DNA of 64,000 nucleotides, from assembly GCA_009914755.4 (NCBI GenBank), contig CP068257.2, positions 1,568,001-1,632,000 on the forward strand, read 5' to 3'. The notes beneath the pieces are model-generated. The model saw only the letters and a list, made by a program, of their open reading frames with translations. It was not told where the DNA came from and did no database searches. Below, one piece after another: positions 1-14,100 of this stretch. The position numbers were made by a program, and so were the translations under genes. Source of the stretch: the human T2T-CHM13v2.0 reference genome, Homo sapiens. The number at the start of each line of letters is the position of its first letter. Within the stretch, counting starts at the first letter, position 1.

Positions 1-3000
1 TATATATTATATACTGTACATAAAATATCAAAGTACCCAAGGTATATATTCTATACTGTACAAAAAATATCAAAGTACCCAAAGCATGTATTATATACTG
101 TACATAAAATATGAAAGTACGTCAAATATATATTTTATACTGTACATAAAATGTCAAAGTACACCAGATATATATTCTATAGTGTACATAATATATCAAA
201 GTACCCAAACTATACATTATATACTGTACATAAAATATGAAATTACATCAAATATATATTATATTAGGTACATAAAATATGAAAGTACATCAAATATAGA
301 TTATATACTGTACATAAAATATCAAATTACCCCAAATATATATTATATACTCTACATGAAATATCAAAGTTCACAAACTATATATTATATACTGTACATA
401 AAATATCCAGGTACCCAAGGTATATGTTCTATACTGTACAAAAAATATCATCGTACCCAAAGCATGTATTATATACTGTATATAAAATATGAAAGTACAT
501 CACATATATATTTTATTCTGTACATAAAATATCAAAGTACACCAGATATATATTCTATAGTGTACATAAAATAACAAAGTACAAAAACTATAAATTTTAT
601 GCTGTACATAAAATATGAAATTACATCAAATATATATTAGTTACATAAAATATGAAACTACATCAAATATAGATTATATACTGTACATAAAATATCAATG
701 TACCCCAAATATATATTTTATACTCTACATGAAATATGAAAGTTCACAAACCATATATTATATACTGTACATAAAATATCAAAGTACCCAAGGTATATAT
801 TCTATACTGTACAAAAAATATCAAAGTACCCAAAGCGTGTATCATATACTGTACATAAAATATGAAACTACATCAAATATATATTTTATTCTGTACATAA
901 AATATCAAAGTACACCAGATATATATTCTATAGTGTACATAAAATATCAACGTACCCAAACTATACATTATATACTGTACATAAAATATGAAATTACATC
1001 AAATATATATTATATTAGGTACATAAAATATGAAAGCACATCAAATATAGATTATATACTGTACTTTAAATACCAAAATACCCCAAATATATATTTTATA
1101 CTGTACATCAAATATCAAAGTTCACAAACTATATATTATATACTGTACATAAAATATCAAAGTACCCATGGTATATATTCTATACTGTACAAAAAATATC
1201 AAAGTACCCAAAGCATGTATTATATACTGTACATAAAATATGAAAGTACACCAAATATATATTTTATTCTGTACATAAAATATCAAAGTACACCAGATAT
1301 ATATTCTATAGTGTACATAAAATAACAAAGTACACAAACTGTAAATTATATACTGTACATAAAATATGAAATTACATCAAATATATATTAGGTACATAAA
1401 ATATGAAAGTACATCAAATATAGATTATATACTGTACATATAATATCAATGTACCCCAAATATATATTTTATACTCTACATGAAATATCAAAGTTCACAA
1501 ACCATCCATTATATACTGTACATAAAATATCAAAGTACCCAAGGTATATATTCTATACTGTACAAAAAATATCAAAGTATCCAAAGCATGTATTTTATAC
1601 TGTACATAAAATATGAAAGTACATCAAATATATATTTTATTCTGTTCATAAAATATCAAAGTACACCAGATATATATTCTATAGTGTACATAAAATATCA
1701 AAGTACCCAAACTATACATTATATACTGTACATAAAATATGAAATTACATCAAATATATATTAGGTACATAAAATATGAAAGTACATCAAATATAGATTA
1801 TATACTGTACATAAAATATCAAAGTACCCCAAATATATACTCTACATGAAATATCAAAGTTCACAAACTATATGTTATATACTGTACATAAAATATCAAA
1901 GTACCCAAGGTATATATTCTATACTGTACAAAAAATATCAAAGTACCCAAAGCATGTATTATATACTGTACATAAAATATGAAAGTACATCAAATATATA
2001 TTTTATTCTGTACATAAAATATCAAAGTACACCAGATATATATTCTATAGTGTACATAAAATAACAAAGTACACAAACTATAAATTATATACTGTACACA
2101 AAATATGAAATTACATCAAATATATATTAGGTACATAAAATATGAAAGTACATCAAATATAGATTATATACTGTACATAAAATATCAATGTACCCCAAAT
2201 ATATATTTTATACTCTACATGAAATATCAAAGTTCACAAACCATATATTGTATAATGTACATAAAATATCAAAGTACCCAAGGTATATATTCTATACTGT
2301 ACAAAAAATATCAAATTACCCAAAGCATGTATTATATACTGTACATAAAATATGAAAGTACATCAAATATATATTTTATTCTGTACATAAAATATCAAAG
2401 TACACCAGATATATATTCTATAGTGTACATAAAATATCAAAGTACCCAAACTATGCATTATACACTGTACATAAAATATGAAATTACATCAAATATATAT
2501 TATGTTAGGTACATAAAATATGAAAGTACATCAAATATAGATTATATACTGTACATAAAATATCAAATTACCCCAAATATATATTATATACTCTACATGA
2601 AATATCAAAGTTCACAAACTATATATTATATACTGTACATAAAATATCAAAGTACCCAAGGTATATATTCTATACTGTACAAAAAATATCAAATTATCCA
2701 AACATGTATTATATACTGTATATAAAATATGAAAATACCTTAAATATATATTTTATTCTGTACATAAAATATCAAAGTACACCAGATATATATTCTATAG
2801 TGTACATAAAATAACAAAGTACGCAAACTATAAATTATATACTGTACATAAAATATGAAATTACATCAAATATATATTAGGTACATAAAATATGAAAGTA
2901 CATCAAATATAGATTATATACTGTACATATAATATCAATGTACCCCAAATATATATTTTATACTCTACATGAAATATCAAAGTTCACAAACCATACATTA

Positions 3001-4390
3001 TATACTGTACATAAAATATCAAAGTACCCAAGGTATATATTCTATACTGTACAAAAAATATCAAAGTACCCAAAGCATGTATTATATACTGTACATAAAA
3101 TATGAAAGTACATCAAATATATATTTTATTCTGTACATAAAATATCAAAGTACACCAGATATATATTCTATAGTGTACATAAAATAACAAAGTACACAAA
3201 CTATAAATTATATACTGTACATAAAATATGAAATTACATCAAATATATATTAGGTACATGAAATATGATAGTACATCATATATAGATTATATACTGTACA
3301 TAAAATATCAATGTACCCCAAATATATATTTTATACTCTACATGAAATATCAAAGTTGACAAACCATATATTATATAATGTACATAAAATATCAAAGTAC
3401 CCAAGGTATATATTCTATACTGTACAAAAAATATCAAATTACCCAAAGCATTTATTATATACTGTACATAAAATATGAAAGTACATCAAATATATATTTT
3501 ATTCTGTACATAAAATATCAAAGTACACCAGATATATATTCTATAGTGTACATAAAATATCAAAGTACCCAAACTATACATTATATACTGTACATAAAAT
3601 TTGAAATTACATCAAATATATATTATATTAGGTACATAAAATATGAAAGTACATCAAATATAGATTATATACTGTACATAAAATATCAAAGTGCCCCAAA
3701 TATATATTATATACTCTACATGAAATATCAAAGTTCACAAACTATATATTATATACTGTACATAAAATATCAAAGTACCCAAGGTATATATTCTATACTG
3801 TACAAAAAATATCAAAGTATCCAAAGCATGTATTATATACTGTATATAAAATATGAAAGTACATTAAATATATATTTTATTCTGTACATAAAATATCAAA
3901 GTACACCAGATATATATTCTATAGTGTACATAAAATAACAAAGTACACAAACTATAAATTATATACTGTACATAAAATATGAAATTACATCAAATATATA
4001 TTAGGTACATAAAATATGAAAGTACATCAAATATAGATTATATACTGTACATATAATATCAAACTACCCCAAATATATATTTTATACTCTACATGAAATA
4101 TCAAAGTTCACAAACCATACATTATATACTGTACATAAAATATCAAAGTACCCAAGGTATATATTCTATACTGTACAAAAAATATCAAAGTACCCAAAGC
4201 ATGTATTTTATACTGTATTTAAAATATGAAAGTACATGAAATATATATTTTATACTGTACATAAAATATCAAAGTACACCAGATATGTATTCTATAGTGT
4301 ACATAAAATATCAAAGTTCCCAAAGTATACATTATATACTGTACATAAAATATGAAATTACATCAAATATATATTAGGTACATAAAATAT

Positions 4391-4768
4391 GAAAGTACAT
4401 CAAATATAGATTATATACTGTACATTAAATACCAAAGAACCCCAAATATATATTATATACTCTACATGAAATATCAAAGTTCACAAACTATATATTATAT
4501 ACTGTACATAAATTATCAAAGTACCCAAGGTATATATTCTATACTGTACAAAAAATATCAAAGTACCCAAAGCATGTATTATATACTGTACATAAAATAT
4601 GAAAGTACATCAAATATATATTTTATTCTGTACATAAAATATCAAAGTACACCAGATATATATTCTATAGTGTACATAAAATATCAAAGTACCCAAACTA
4701 TACATTATATACTGTACATAAAATATGAAATTACATCAAATATATATTATATTAGGTACATAAAATAT
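4391..4768 (+). repeat. Example of one complete 378-bp (type A) HOR unit of nine 42-bp monomers a to i.
   Basis: Monomer boundaries read from the sequence are a 4391-4432, b 4433-4474, c 4475-4516, d 4517-4558, e 4559-4600, f 4601-4642, g 4643-4684, h 4685-4726 and i 4727-4768. The next monomer a starts at 4769 (gaaagtacatcaaatataga…). In the open frame this is 9 x 14 aa = 126 aa per HOR (ESTSNIDYILYIKY / QSTPNIYYILYMKY / QSSQTIYYILYIKY / QSTQGIYSILYKKY / QSTQSMYYILYIKY / ESTSNIYFILYIKY / QSTPDIYSIVYIKY / QSTQTIHYILYIKY / EITSNIYYIRYIKY). Confidence 0.9.
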
Positions 4769-5482
4769 GAAAGTACATCAAATATAGATTATATACTGTA
4801 CATAAAATATCAAAGTACCCCAAATATATATTATATACTCTACATGAAATATCAAAGTTCACAAACTATATATTATATACTGTACATAAAATATCAAAGT
4901 ACCCAAGGTATATATTCTATAATGTACAAAAAATATCAAAGTACCCAAAGCGTGTATTATATACTGTATATAAAATATGAAATTACATCAAATATACATT
5001 TTATTCTGTACATAAAATATCAAAGTACACCAGATATATATTCTATAGTGTACATAAAATATCAAAGTACCCAAACTATACATTATATACTGTACATAAA
5101 ATATGAAATTACATCAAATATATATTATATTAGGTACATAAAATATGAAAGTACATCAAATATAGATTATATACTGTACATTAAATACCAAATTACCCCA
5201 AATATATATTTTATACTGTACATGAAATATCAAAGTTCACAAACTATATATTATATACTGTACATAAAATATCAAAGTACCCAAGGTATATATTCTATAC
5301 TGTACAAAAAATATCAAAGTACCCAAAGCATGTATTATATACTGTACCTAAAATATGAAAGTACTTCAAATATATATTTTATTCTGTACATAAAATATCA
5401 AAGTACACCAGATATATATTCTATAGTGTACATAAAATATCAAAGTACCCAAACTATACATTATATACTGTACATAAAATAT

Positions 5483-5608
5483 GAAATTACATCAAATATA
5501 TATTTTATTCTGTACATAAAATATCAAAGTACACCAGATATATATTCTATAGTGTACATAAAATATCAAAGTACCCAAACTATACATTATATACTGTACA
5601 TAAAATAT
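5483..5608 (+). repeat. Local 126-bp (three-monomer g-h-i) duplication whose junction is a chimeric i/f monomer (gaaattacatcaaatatatattttattctgtacataaaatat).
   Basis: The monomer order read at 5441-5650 is h, i/f-chimera, g, h, i instead of h, i, a. In the 4352..5935 ORF this appears as '…QSTQTIHYILYIKYEITSNIYFILYIKYQSTPDIYSIVYIKYQSTQTIHYILYIKYEITSNIYYIRY…'. Confidence 0.8.
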
Positions 5609-5930
5609 GAAATTACATCAAATATATATTATATTAGGTACATAAAATATGAAAGTACATCAAATATAGATTATATACTGTACATTAAATACCAAAGTAC
5701 CCCAAATATATATTTTATACTGTACATGAAATATCAAAGTTCACAAACTATATATTATATACTGTACATAAATTATCAAAGTACCCAATGTATATATTCT
5801 ATACTGTACAAAAAATATCAAAGTACCCAAAGCATGTATTATATACTGTACCTAAAATATGAAAGTACATCAAATATATATTTTATTCTGTACATAAAAT
5901 ATCAAAGTACACCAGATATATATTCTATAG

Positions 5931-8190
5931 TGTAAATAAAATATCACAGTACCCAAACTATACATTAAATACTGTAAATATATTATGAAATTACATCAAA
6001 TATATTTTATATTTGCTACATAAAATATGAAACTACATCAAATATAGATTATATAGTGTACATTAAATACCAAAGTACCCCAAATATATATTTTATACTG
6101 TACATGAAATATCAAAGTTCACAAACTATATATTATATACTGTACATAAATTATCAAAGTACCCAAGGTATATATTCTATACTGTACAAAAAATATCAAA
6201 TTACCCAAAGCTTGTATTATATACTGTACATAAAATATGAAAGTATATCAAATATATATTTTATTGTGTACATAAAATATCAAAGTACACCAGATATATA
6301 TTCTATAGTGTACATAAAATAACAAAGTACACAAACTATACATTATATACTGTACATAAAATATGAAATTACATCAAATATATATTAGGTACATAAAATA
6401 TGAAAGTACATCAAATATAGATTATATACTGTACATAAAATATCAATGTACCCCAAATATATATTTTATACTATACATGAAATATCAAAGTTCACAAACT
6501 ATATATTATATACTGTACATAAAATATCAAAGTACCCAAGGTATATATTCTATACTGTACAAAAAATATCAAAGTAACCAAAGCATGTATTATATACTGT
6601 ATATAAAATATGAAAGTACATCAAATATATATTTTATTCTGTACATAAAATATCAAAGTACACCAGATATATATTCTATAGTGTACATAAAATATCAAAG
6701 TACCCAAAATATACATTATATACTGTACATAAAATATGAAATTACATCAAATATATATTATATTAGGTACATAAAATATGAAAGTACATCAAATATAGAT
6801 TATATACTGTACATTAAATACCAAAGTACCCCAAATATATATTTTATACTGTACATGAAATATCAAAGTTCACAAACTATATATTATATACTGTACATAA
6901 ATTATCAAAGTACCCAATGTATATATTCTATACTGTACAAAAAATATCAAAGTACCCAAAGCATGTATTATATACTGTACCTAAAATATGAAAGTACATC
7001 AAATATATATTTTATTCTGTACATAAAATATCAAAGTACACCAGATATATATTCTATAGTGTAAATAAAATATCACAGTACCCAAACTATACATTAAATA
7101 CTGTAAATATATTATGAAATTACATCAAATATATTTTATATTTGCTACATAAAATATGAAAGTACATCAAATATAGATTATATAGTGTACATTAAATACC
7201 AAAGTACCCCAAATATATATTTTATACTGTACATGAAATATCAAAGTTCACAAACTATATATTATATACTGTACATAAATTATCAAAGTACCCAAGGTAT
7301 ATATTCTATACTGTACAAAAAATATCAAATTACCCAAAGCTTGTATTATATACTGTACATAAAATATGAAAGTATATCAAATATATATTTTATTGTGTAC
7401 ATAAAATATCAAAGTACACCAGATATATATTCTATAGTGTACATAAAATAACAAAGTACACAAACTATACATTATATACTGTACATAAAATATGAAATTA
7501 CATCAAATATATATTAGGTACATAAAATATGAAAGTACATCAAATATAGATTATATACTGTACATAAAATATCAATGTACCCCAAATATATATTTTATAG
7601 TATACATGAAATATCAAAGTTCACAAACCATATATTGTATACTGTACATAAAATATCAAAGTACCCAAGGTATATGTTCTATACTGTACAAAAAATATCA
7701 AAGTACCCAAAGCATGTATTATATACTGTACATAAAATATGAAAGTACATCAAATATATATTTTATTCTGTACATAAAATATCAAAGTACACCAGATATA
7801 TATTCTATAGTGTACATAAAATAACAAAGTACACAAACTATAAATTATATACTGTACATAAAATATGAAATTACATCAAATATATATTAGGTACATAAAA
7901 TATGAAAGTACATCAAATATAGATTATATACTGTACATAAAATATCAATGTACCCCAAATATATATTTTATACTCTACATGAAATACCAAAGTTCAGAAA
8001 CCATATATTATATACTGTACATAAAATATCAAAGTACCCAAGGTATATATTCTATACTGTACAAAAAATATCAAAGTACCCAAAGCATGTATTATATACT
8101 GTACATAAAATATGAAAGTACATCAAATATATATTTTATTCTGTACATAAAATATCAAAGTACACCAGATATATATTCTATAGTGTACAT
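5931..8190. repeat. Tandem duplication of a three-HOR block of about 1129 to 1130 bp (copies at about 5931-7060 and 7061-8190).
   Basis: Identical 88-aa artefact ORFs lie at 6056..6322 and 7185..7451 (offset 1129). The MKLHQ starts at 6363 and 7492 have the same offset. A distinctive degenerate monomer pair 'tgtaaataaaatatcacagtacccaaactatacattaaatactgtaaatatattatgaaattacatcaaatatattttatatttgctac' starts at about 5931 and about 7061. Confidence 0.8.
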
Positions 8191-11100
8191 AAAATATAAA
8201 AGTACCCAAACTATACATTATATACTGTACATAAAATATGAAATTACATCAAATATATATTATATTAGGTACATAAAATATGAAAGTACATCAAATATAG
8301 ATTATATATTGTACATAAAATATCAAAGTACCCCAAATATATATTATATACTCTACATGAAATATCAAAGTTGACAAACTATATATTATATACTGTACAT
8401 AAAATATCAAAGTACCCAAGGTATATATTCTATAATGTACAAAAAATATCAAAGTACCCAAAGCGTGTATTATATACTGTATATAAAATATGAAATTACA
8501 TCAAATATATATTTTATTCTGTACATAAAATATCAAAGTACACCAGATATATATTCTATAGTGTACATAAAATATCAAAGTACCCAAACTATACATTATA
8601 TACTGTACATAAAATATGAAATTACATCAAATATATATTATATTAGGTACATAAAATATGAAAGTACATCAAATATAGATTATATACTGTATATTAAATA
8701 CCAAAGTACCCCAAATATATATTTTATACTGTACATGAAATATCAAAGTTCACAAACTATATATTATATACTGTACATAAAATATCAAAGTACCCAAGGT
8801 ATATATTCTATACTGTACAAAAAATATCAAAGTACCCAAAGCATGTATTATATACTGTACCTAAAATATGAAAGTGCATCAAATATATATTTTATTCTAT
8901 ACATAAAATATCAAAGTACACCAGATATATATTCTATAGTGTACATAAAATATCAAAGTACCCAAACTATACATTATATACTGTACATAAAATATGAAAT
9001 TACATCAAATATATATTATATTAGGTACATAAAATATGAAAGTACATCAAATATAGATTATACACTGTACATAAAATATCAAAGTACCCCAAATATATAT
9101 TATATACTCTACATGAAATATCAAACTTCACAAACAATATATTATATACTGTACATAAAATAAAGTCCCCAAGGTATATATTCTATACTGTAGAAAAAAT
9201 ATCAAAGTACCCAAAGCATGTATTATATACTGTATATAAAATATGAAAGTACATCAAATATATATTTTATTCTGTACATAATATATCAAAGTACACCAGA
9301 TATATATTCTATAGTGTACATAAAATAACAAAGTACAAAAACTATAAATTATATACTGTACATAAAATATGAAATTACATCAAATATATATTAGGTACAT
9401 AAAATATGAAAGTACATCAAATATAGATTATATACTGTACATAAAATTTCAATGTACCCCAAATATATATTTTATACTCTACATGAAATATCAAAGTTCA
9501 CAAACCATATATTATATACTGTACATATAATATCAAAGTACCCAAGGTATATATTCTATACTATACAAAAAATATCAAAGTACCCAAAGCATGTATTATA
9601 TACTGTACCTAAAATATGAAAGTACATCAAATATATATTTTATTCTGTACATAAAATATCAAAGTACACCAGATATATATTCTATAGTGTACACAAAATA
9701 TCAAAGTACCCAAACTATACATTATATACTGTACATAAAATATGAAATTACATCAAATATATTTTATAATAGATACATAAAATATGAAAGTACATCAAAT
9801 ATAGATTATACACTGTACATTAAATACCAAAGTACCCCAAATATATATTTTATACTGTACATGAAATATCAAACTTCACAAATTATATATTATATAGTGT
9901 ACATATAATATCAAAGTACCCAAGGTATATATTCTATACTGTACAAAAAATAACAAAGTACCAAAAGCATGTATAATATACTGTACATAAAATATGAAAG
10001 TACATCAAATATATATTTTATTATGTACATAAAATATCAAAGTACACCAGATATATATTCTATAGTGTACATAAAATATCAAAGTACCCAAACTATACAT
10101 TATATACTGTAAATAAAATATGAAATTACAACAAATATATTTTACATTAGGTACATAAATTATGAAAGTACATCAAATATAGATTATATACTGTACATTA
10201 AATACCAAAGTACCCCAAATATATATTTTATACTGTACATGAAATATCAAAGTTCACAAACCATATATTATATACTGTACATAAATTATCAAAGTACCCA
10301 AGGTATATATTCTATACAGTACAAAAAATATCAAAGTACCCAAAGCATGTATTTTATACTGTACTTAAATATGAAAGTACATCAAATATATATTTTATTC
10401 TGTACATAAAATATCAAAGTACACCAGATATATATTCTATAGTGTAAATAAAATATCACAGTACCCAAACTATACATTAAATACTGTAAATATATTATGA
10501 AATTACATCAAATATATTTTATATTTGGTACATAAAATATGAAAGTACATCAAATATAGATTATATACTGTACATTAAATACCAAAGTACCCCAAATATA
10601 TATTTTATACTGTACATGAAATATGAAAGTTCACAAACTATATATTATATGCTGTACATAAATTATCAAAGTACCCAAGGTATATATTCTATACTGTACA
10701 AAAAATATCAAATTACCCAAAGCTTGTATTATATACTGTACATAAAATATGAAAGTATATCAAATATATATTTTATTGTGTACATAAAATATCAAAGTAT
10801 ACCAGATATATATTCTATAGTGTACATAAAATAACAAAGTACACAAACTATACATTATATACTGTACATAAAATATGAAATTACATCAAATATATATTAG
10901 GTACATAAAATATGAAAGTACATCAAATATAGGTTATATACTGTACATAAAATATCAATGTACCCCAAATATATATTTTATACTATACATGAAATATCAA
11001 AGTTCACAAACCATATATTGTATACTGTACATAAAATATCAAAGTACCCAAGGTATATGTTCTATACTGTACAAAAAATATCAAAGTACCCAAAGCATGT

Positions 11101-14100
11101 ATTATATACTGTACATAAAATATGAAAGTACATCAAATATATATTTTATTCTGTACATAAAATATCAAAGTACACCAGATATATATTCTATAGTGTACAT
11201 AAAATAACAAAGTACACAAACTATAAATTATATACTGTACATAAAATATGAAATTACATCAAATATATATTAGGTACATAAAATATGAAAGTACATCAAA
11301 TATAGATTATATACTGTACATAAAATATCAATGTACCCCAAATATATATTTTATACTCTACATGAAATACCAAAGTTCAGAAACCATATATTATATACTG
11401 TACATAAAATATCAAAGTACCCAAGGTATATATTCTATACTGTACAAAAAATATCAAAGTACCCAAAGCATGTATTATATACTGTACATAAAATATGAAA
11501 GTACATCAAATATATATTTTATTCTGTACATAAAATATCAAAGTACACCAGATATATATTCTATAGTGTACATAAAATATCAAAGTACCCAAACTATACA
11601 TTATATACTGTACATAAAATATGAAATTACATCAAATATATATTATATTAGGTACATAAAATATGAAAGTACATCAAATATAGATTATATACTGTACATA
11701 AAATATCAAAGTACCCCAAATATATATTATATACTCTACATGAAATATCAAAGTTCACAAACTATATATTATATACTGTACATAAAATATCAAAGTACCC
11801 AAGGTATATATTCTATAATGTACAAAAAATATCAAAGTACCCAAAGCGTGTATTATATACTGTATATAAAATATGAAATTACATCAAATATATATTTTAT
11901 TCTGTACATAAAATATCAAAGTACACCAGATATATATTCTATAGTGTACATAAAATATCAAAGTACCCAAACTCTACATTATATACTGTACATAAAATAT
12001 GAAATTACATCAAATATATATTATATTAGGTACATAAAATATGAAAGTACATCAAATATAGATTATATACTGTACATTAAATACCAAAGTACCCCAAATA
12101 TATATTTTATACTGTACATGAAATATCAAAGTTCACAAACTATATATTATATACTGTACATAAAATATCAAAGTACCCAAGGTATATATTCTATACTGTA
12201 CAAAAAATATCAAAGTACCCAAAGCATGTATTATATACTGTATGTAAAATATGAAAGTACATCAAATATATATTTTATTGTGTACATAAAATATCAAAGT
12301 ACACCAGATATGTATTCTATAGTGTACATAAAATATCAAATTACCCAAACTATACATTATATACTGTACAGAAAATATGAAATTACAGCAAATATATATT
12401 ATATTAGGTACATAAAATATGAAAGTACATCAAATATAGATTATATACTGTACATTAAATACAAAAGTACCCCAAATATATATTTTATACTGTACATGAA
12501 ATATCAAAGTTCACAAACTATATATTATATACTGTACATAAAATATCAAAGTACACAAGGTATATATTCTATACTGTACAAAAAATATCAAAGTACCCAA
12601 AGCATGTATTATAAACTGTACATAAAATATGAAAGTACATCAAATATATATTTTATTCTGTACATAATATATCAAAGTACACCAGATATATATTCTATAG
12701 TGTACATAAAATAACAAAGTACAAAAACTATAAATTATATACTGTACATAAAATATGAAATTACATCAAATATATATTAGGTACATAAAATATGAAAGTA
12801 CATCAAATATAGATTATATACTGTACATAAAATTTCAATGTACCCCAAATATATATTTTATACTCTACATGAAATATCAAAGTTCTCAAACCATATATTA
12901 TATACTGTACATATAATATCAAAGTACCCAAGGTATATATTCTATACTATACAAAAAATATCAAAGTACCCAAAGCATGTATTATATACTGTACCTAAAA
13001 TATGAAAGTACATCAAATATATATTTTATTCTGTACATAAAATATCAAAGTACACCAGATATATATTCTATAGTGTACACAAAATATCAAAGTACCCAAA
13101 CTATACATTATATACAGTACATAAAATATGAAATTACATCAAATATATTTTATATTAGGTACATAAAATATGAAAGTACATCAAATATAGATTATACACT
13201 GTACATTAAATACCAAAGTACCCCAAATATATATTTTATACTGTACATGAAATATCAAACTTCACAAATTATATATTATATAGTGTACATATAATATCAA
13301 AGTACCCAAGGTATATATTCTATACTGTACAAAAAATAACAAAGTACCAAAAGCATCTATAATATACTGTACATAAAATATGAAAGTACATCAAATATAT
13401 ATTTTATTGTGTACATAAAATATCAAAGTACACCAGATATATATTCTATAGTGTACATAAAATATCAAAGTACCCAAACTATACATTATATACTGTAAAT
13501 AAAATATGAAATTACAACAAATATATTTTACATTAGGTACATAAATTATGAAAGTACATCAAATATAGATTATATACTGTACATTAAATACCAAAGTACC
13601 CCAAATATATATTTTATACTGTACATGAAATATCAAAGTTCACAAACCATATATTATATACTGTACATAAATTATCAAAGTACCCAAGGTATATATTCTA
13701 TACTGTACAAAAAATATCAAAGTACCCAAAGCATGTATTATATACTGTACTTAAATATGAAAGTACATCAAATATATATTTTATTCTGTACATAAAATAT
13801 CAAAGTACACAAGATATATATTCTATAGTGTAAATAAAATATCACAGTACCCAAACTATACATTAAATACTGTAAATATATTATGAAATTACATCAAATA
13901 TATTTTATATTTGGAACATAAAATATGAAAGTACATCAAATATAGATTATATACTGTACATTAAATACCAAAGTACCCCAAATATATATTTTATACTGTA
14001 CATGAAATATGAAAGTTCACAAACTATATATTATATGCTGTACATAAATTATCAAAGTACCCAAGGTATATATTCTATACTGTACAAAAAATATCAAATT

